Shown here: positions 46,224 through 50,416 of the stretch, piece after piece
Layout: each line of letters begins with the position of its first letter
Numbering within the stretch: position 1 is the stretch's first letter
Assembly (NCBI GenBank): GCA_034722955.1
Contig: JAYEOM010000028.1
Location: 1 to 50,416 of the forward strand
DNA: 50,416 nucleotides
Source of the DNA: Campylobacterota bacterium
GTDB lineage: Bacteria > Campylobacterota > Campylobacteria > Campylobacterales > Sulfurovaceae
Direction of reading: 5' to 3'
The notes under the pieces: generated by a model
Database searches by the model: none
Seen by the model: the letters and a program-made list of their open reading frames with translations, nothing else
What the model was told of the DNA's origin: nothing
Program-made: the position numbers and the translations under genes

Positions 46224-49200
46224 ATGGTAGAGGTAGATAGATGGTTTAGCTATAAGTTAACTAGACTCTCCCAATATGTAGATGCAGGACACCTGAATGA
46301 TATCAAGCAGACATATCTCGACGATATCCAGTTTGGCGACAAGAGGAGTATAGAAAATTTTATCCATTTTCTCTTTCATGATCTATCTAGCAATATAGAA
46401 AAAGCTCAAAAACTAACTCGTCTACTGCAAGACTTTCGCAAACAACTCTCACATGTCTCAAGCGATAAAGAGAGAGAAAATATCATACTAGAGTATGCTT
46501 ATGAACTCAACCCATCAAAGGTAGAACTTCACAAAGATGAGCTAGCACTAAAACGATGGTTTGATGAGGATGCTTTAGCAGAACGCATCAGTTCCAAAGT
46601 AGCGTTGCTTCATCGTCGCAGTATCATAGTACTAGAGAGGATAGGGTGCGGTATCGAGCTCTTGACCCAAGAGCATCAGTCGCTAGAGGAGCTTTGGCAT
46701 CACTTTGACTTCAATAAAGAGTTCCTGTATCTGATACAATATACCCAAGAGCCTCTACTCTTGAGCAGATCATTTTCACTTCTTCTCATTGTTGTCAAGT
46801 GTTTTGATGCTTATCATGACTCCGACTTGCTGGATGAGAGGATTTATCAGCATATCTATCGTATAGCACTCTCAAAGAAAAACAGTGTATGGGTACAAAA
46901 CAGCTCCATAGAGTTTTTGGCATATAGTGAAATAGACTCTTTTTTGGCTATAGCCACTATCTATGCACAGAAGCATGTTGATGATGATACTATTTTTGTC
47001 CGTCATAAGATAGCTACGATAGCACTGAGTCTTGTAGAGGAGCATAATGAGATACTGCCTCTGATAGAGGGGTATATACTCACAGATACCAGTCCATATG
47101 TGAGACAGGCTATAGCCAAACAGCTGCCGTATATCAGCCACAACTCACTCAAATATCTCAAAGAGAGCCTTATATTGCGAGACCCAGATCCTAGTGTAAG
47201 GGCATTGGCAATACTCCAATCTCTAAAGTGCAGCTCTGCATCTCAAAAAAAGATATTTTATGAGACTATTCATAAATCTCTAAAGAGTGAGCGTGATAAA
47301 TTTGTCCTAAAGTGTACTATAGATACTGTAGGCAAACTGGCAAAGCAGATTGTCCAGAGTGGCAGAGAGGAGAGACTATTTACGATAGAGAGTATCTCCA
47401 TACTCTCCGATATGTTACTAAGAGATATAGATATATCACTAAAGCGATATGCATCTATGGTTAGAGAGTCACTCTGGATATATAGAGACTCTCATCGATA
47501 CAAGAGATATGAAGAGCTACATCTCTTTGTCCACGATATACCAGTGGGAGAGAGTAGAGCTCTGCCTAGTAGATTTTTGGAGAAGCCTGATGAGCTCTAC
47601 CGTATACTATCTGTGATATCGCAAGATGATTTTTCACTAGAGCTTCGTCGCACTATCTTTGGTGCAACGATACTTGCTCGTTCGGAACGAATGGGGCGAA
47701 GAGCATGGCGTATCATCTATGAGTTTCGCAATCCATCCCCAGACAAGAGAGAGGCGTTTCCTCATACTATCGCTAGGATTTTTGAGGGGACTCGCCACTT
47801 CCCATCATCTATTATGGCAGAACAAGCCCCTACCAAAGTGCCAGGTGAACCATACTATATCCCTGAAGAGGAGAGTTCTCGTCCATTTTTACCTATAGCA
47901 GATCACTATCTCTCTTCACTCAAACAGTCAACTATCAAGATAAACCCTTTTTTTATCTATAGCAGTGATGGGGTGACGACTATCAGCCCACCCAAGGGAT
48001 TTTGGCGTAGATGGAGAGCTGAGTGGCTGCTCACTTGGAACTATGCATCTATAGCTAGACTCCGTAATTGGCAAAAAAGCTCCACTCAACTACCCTCGGA
48101 CTATGTATCAGCCATGAACAGACTGGGATTCAAGACCACTTTTGAGCCATATATCAAAGGTGATGAGAGCAGTGCCAAGTTCTTTCCTCTAGCCCTTCCG
48201 ATTCCATTTTTATCTACAGAGAGGCAAGAGTCTATAGAGAACTACTTTATCTCTGCATATGAGAACTCTCTGGGTGATTTGGTACTCTTCATAGTAGTGG
48301 TTTTTGGACTCTTCTTTTTTCGTCATGTTTCGCTATCGTGGCAGATACGCCGTGCGAGGGGGCGTATAGCACTCTCTATAGGTGGGTGGGGGACACGAGG
48401 CAAGTCAGGTACAGAGCGACTCAAAGCAGCTCTTTTCAATGCATTGGGGTTGAGGGTATTTTCCAAAACCACAGGTAATGAAGCTATGTTTCTGCACTCA
48501 GAGAGTTTTGACGGGATGAGGGAGATGTATCTGTTTCGCCCCTATGACAAAGCAACTATATGGGAGCAGGCAGATACGGTACTCATAGCAGACAAACTCA
48601 ATGTAGATGTCTACTTATGGGAGAGTATGGGACTGACTCCATCATATGTCGAAGTACTACAGCAAAGATGGATGAAAGATAATATAGCTACCATCACCAA
48701 TACCTATCCAGACCATGAGGATCTACAGGGACCAGCAGGTATCAATATACCACAAGTGATGACCAACTTCATACCGGACAACTCTACATTAGTGACGACC
48801 GAAGAGGTGATGTACCCTATACTTGGCTCTTATGCCAAAAGTGTAAATACCCCTAGCTTTCCAACTGGCTGGCTTCAGTCTGGGCTAATAGCTCCTGATA
48901 TACTCTCTAGATTTCCCTATGAAGAGCATCCTCACAACATAGCATTAGTACTTGTGATGGCAGAGCAGCTAGATATAGATGAGGATGAGGCTCTCAAGGC
49001 GATGGCTGACAATATAGTACCGGATTTAGGTGTACTCAAAGCATATCCACCTGCACAAGTAGAGACTAAAAAACTTCTATTTATCAACGGTATGAGTGCC
49101 AATGAGAGGTTTGGTGCATTGGGCAACTGGAACCGCATGGGACTCCGCGACAAAGATATTGAGAAAAATCCAGATACCTATCTCACCACAGTTATCAACA

Positions 49201-50315
49201 ATAGAGCAGATAGGGTATCAAGATCACGCGTATTTGCCTCTATGCTAGTGGAGAATGTAGAGGCAGATTGCCATATAATTATAGGATCAAACATCTCAGG
49301 TTTTTTGAGCTATTTGGATGAGACTTGGAGTACATATCAACAGACCATCTCTCTAGTAGATGAAGATAGCTCTATGGATGAGAAACTGATGAGTTATGCC
49401 AAAAAATACCGCCTGATAAGAGGTGAGCAGCAGCTCATAGAGCGACTCAAGATTATGCTAAATGCCTCCGATATAGAGCCATCTATAGTCGATAGAGCGA
49501 TACAAAACTATGATGATATCTCCAAGCTGACAGAAGTACTATCTGACTACACAGAGATACTCCTATTCTATCAGCAATCCAAAGATCAGTATGACAAGCT
49601 AGAGAGATTCAGGCAAAAGCTAGGAGATAGCAGCAGTGATGATTTGAACCAAGAGTTTAGAGATATGTTATGGATATGGCTCAAGGATCGATTTAAACCA
49701 CTATACAATTACCATGCCACAGGCAATGAAGTGGTACAAAATATAGCAGACCATACCCCACCCGGTATGCTCAACACCATCATAGGTATGCAAAATATCA
49801 AAGGTACCGGATTGGATTTTGCTTATCGTTGGGTAGCTTGGGGCAACTGCTACAGGGCATGTCAAGCCATCAAAAGCACCGATAGCAAAGAGATACAGGA
49901 GGGGGTAGAGACCTTAGCAGCATTTGAAGAGCATGGTCCTTTGACTTTTGCACTGACTAGAGAGAGCATAGAGATAGCTAGAGAAGCCATAGCTACCCAA
50001 AATGACTACTATCAAGCCCAGATTCAAATCATAGAAAAAAATTTAAACAAAAGCATAGATGCATCAAAAAATAGTACAGTGCAAGCAGAAAATCAAGAGG
50101 AGAGCGATAGCAGAACCTCTTGGAGAGAGAAGATACTAGAGATGGTAGAGTCTTTCTTGGATGCAGGAGACGCAGTAAAGAGACGAAAAAGAGCAAATCT
50201 CATCTACAAAGACCTCATAAACTACCACATCAGCCACAAAAAAGCCGCCATAGAACTTCAAGCCATCACCAAACGACAAAAAGGCGGATGGTTCGTGAAG
50301 AGGTTTAGCAGCTAA
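46224..50315 (+). CDS. PgsB/CapB-type poly-gamma-glutamate synthase (Mur-ligase fold) fused to N-terminal HEAT repeats
   Basis: GGWGTRGKSG P-loop (48381-48410), KTTG, ATIWEQ, WESMGLTPSY, TITNTYPDHEDLQGP, NIALV, PDLG, FINGMSANE, NNRADRVSRS and GMQNIKG, all collinear with PgsB. HEAT motifs DTSPYVRQAIA and DPDPSVRALAI; TM before the ligase domain. Confidence 0.88.
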   Translation: MVEVDRWFSYKLTRLSQYVDAGHLNDIKQTYLDDIQFGDKRSIENFIHFLFHDLSSNIEKAQKLTRLLQDFRKQLSHVSSDKERENIILEYAYELNPSKVELHKDELALKRWFDEDALAERISSKVALLHRRSIIVLERIGCGIELLTQEHQSLEELWHHFDFNKEFLYLIQYTQEPLLLSRSFSLLLIVVKCFDAYHDSDLLDERIYQHIYRIALSKKNSVWVQNSSIEFLAYSEIDSFLAIATIYAQKHVDDDTIFVRHKIATIALSLVEEHNEILPLIEGYILTDTSPYVRQAIAKQLPYISHNSLKYLKESLILRDPDPSVRALAILQSLKCSSASQKKIFYETIHKSLKSERDKFVLKCTIDTVGKLAKQIVQSGREERLFTIESISILSDMLLRDIDISLKRYASMVRESLWIYRDSHRYKRYEELHLFVHDIPVGESRALPSRFLEKPDELYRILSVISQDDFSLELRRTIFGATILARSERMGRRAWRIIYEFRNPSPDKREAFPHTIARIFEGTRHFPSSIMAEQAPTKVPGEPYYIPEEESSRPFLPIADHYLSSLKQSTIKINPFFIYSSDGVTTISPPKGFWRRWRAEWLLTWNYASIARLRNWQKSSTQLPSDYVSAMNRLGFKTTFEPYIKGDESSAKFFPLALPIPFLSTERQESIENYFISAYENSLGDLVLFIVVVFGLFFFRHVSLSWQIRRARGRIALSIGGWGTRGKSGTERLKAALFNALGLRVFSKTTGNEAMFLHSESFDGMREMYLFRPYDKATIWEQADTVLIADKLNVDVYLWESMGLTPSYVEVLQQRWMKDNIATITNTYPDHEDLQGPAGINIPQVMTNFIPDNSTLVTTEEVMYPILGSYAKSVNTPSFPTGWLQSGLIAPDILSRFPYEEHPHNIALVLVMAEQLDIDEDEALKAMADNIVPDLGVLKAYPPAQVETKKLLFINGMSANERFGALGNWNRMGLRDKDIEKNPDTYLTTVINNRADRVSRSRVFASMLVENVEADCHIIIGSNISGFLSYLDETWSTYQQTISLVDEDSSMDEKLMSYAKKYRLIRGEQQLIERLKIMLNASDIEPSIVDRAIQNYDDISKLTEVLSDYTEILLFYQQSKDQYDKLERFRQKLGDSSSDDLNQEFRDMLWIWLKDRFKPLYNYHATGNEVVQNIADHTPPGMLNTIIGMQNIKGTGLDFAYRWVAWGNCYRACQAIKSTDSKEIQEGVETLAAFEEHGPLTFALTRESIEIAREAIATQNDYYQAQIQIIEKNLNKSIDASKNSTVQAENQEESDSRTSWREKILEMVESFLDAGDAVKRRKRANLIYKDLINYHISHKKAAIELQAITKRQKGGWFVKRFSS

Positions 50316-50416
50316 AGGGGTAGTTTTACTCTTTTTAAAATATAGCAAATGAGGATGGGGCGGATTTGCTTGGGGTGAGGATTTTAATTTGCAAGTGGCT
50401 CTATAGTATAACGTTT

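Noticed and set aside
46224..50315. Cyanophycin synthetase or MurC-F assignment for the large ligase
   Set aside because: No ATP-grasp domain is evident. GTRGKS, KTTG, E.M...P.Y, N.R.DR..R and the CapC gene in the same operon point to PgsB/CapB.

Overview
AT-rich chromosomal window. Gene content (pglF-like, pepA-ychF, TGnTATAAT promoters) points to a Campylobacterota genome of the Sulfurovum/Sulfurimonas type; this is inference. Left end: the 3' part of an ORF-less group II intron carrying two tiny inserted repeats, then a GNAT/DUF1778 toxin-antitoxin pair. Middle (1.5-29 kb): mostly housekeeping and envelope genes, including alpha-2-macroglobulin, MltB, a CitE-like lyase, an HD-GYP sensor, RNase T2, a PIF1-like helicase, an orphan Wzc, pepA, ychF, an msrB missed by the ORF track (it appears to start at ATC), YqeY, PglF, a DUF4214/DUF285 surface protein and MoxR/DUF58. 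Next come a sulfotransferase with a secreted tailspike-like gene and a 1.1-kb composite islet bounded by a 62-bp direct repeat (hairpin element, RelE-type TA with integron-cassette-like ends, truncated RAYT transposase). The most notable feature is a tightly packed six-gene, 17.6-kb operon (32676-50315) that looks like a heavily elaborated Gram-negative poly-gamma-glutamate (PgsB/CapB + PgsC/CapC) synthesis and export system. It encodes a CHASE2 pseudo-kinase, a double-CapC protein fused to two apparently inactive hydrolase domains, a stand-alone copy of that hydrolase with intact metal ligands, a giant probable outer-membrane protein and a HEAT-repeat-fused CapB. All family calls come from motif recognition by eye; no database searches were run.
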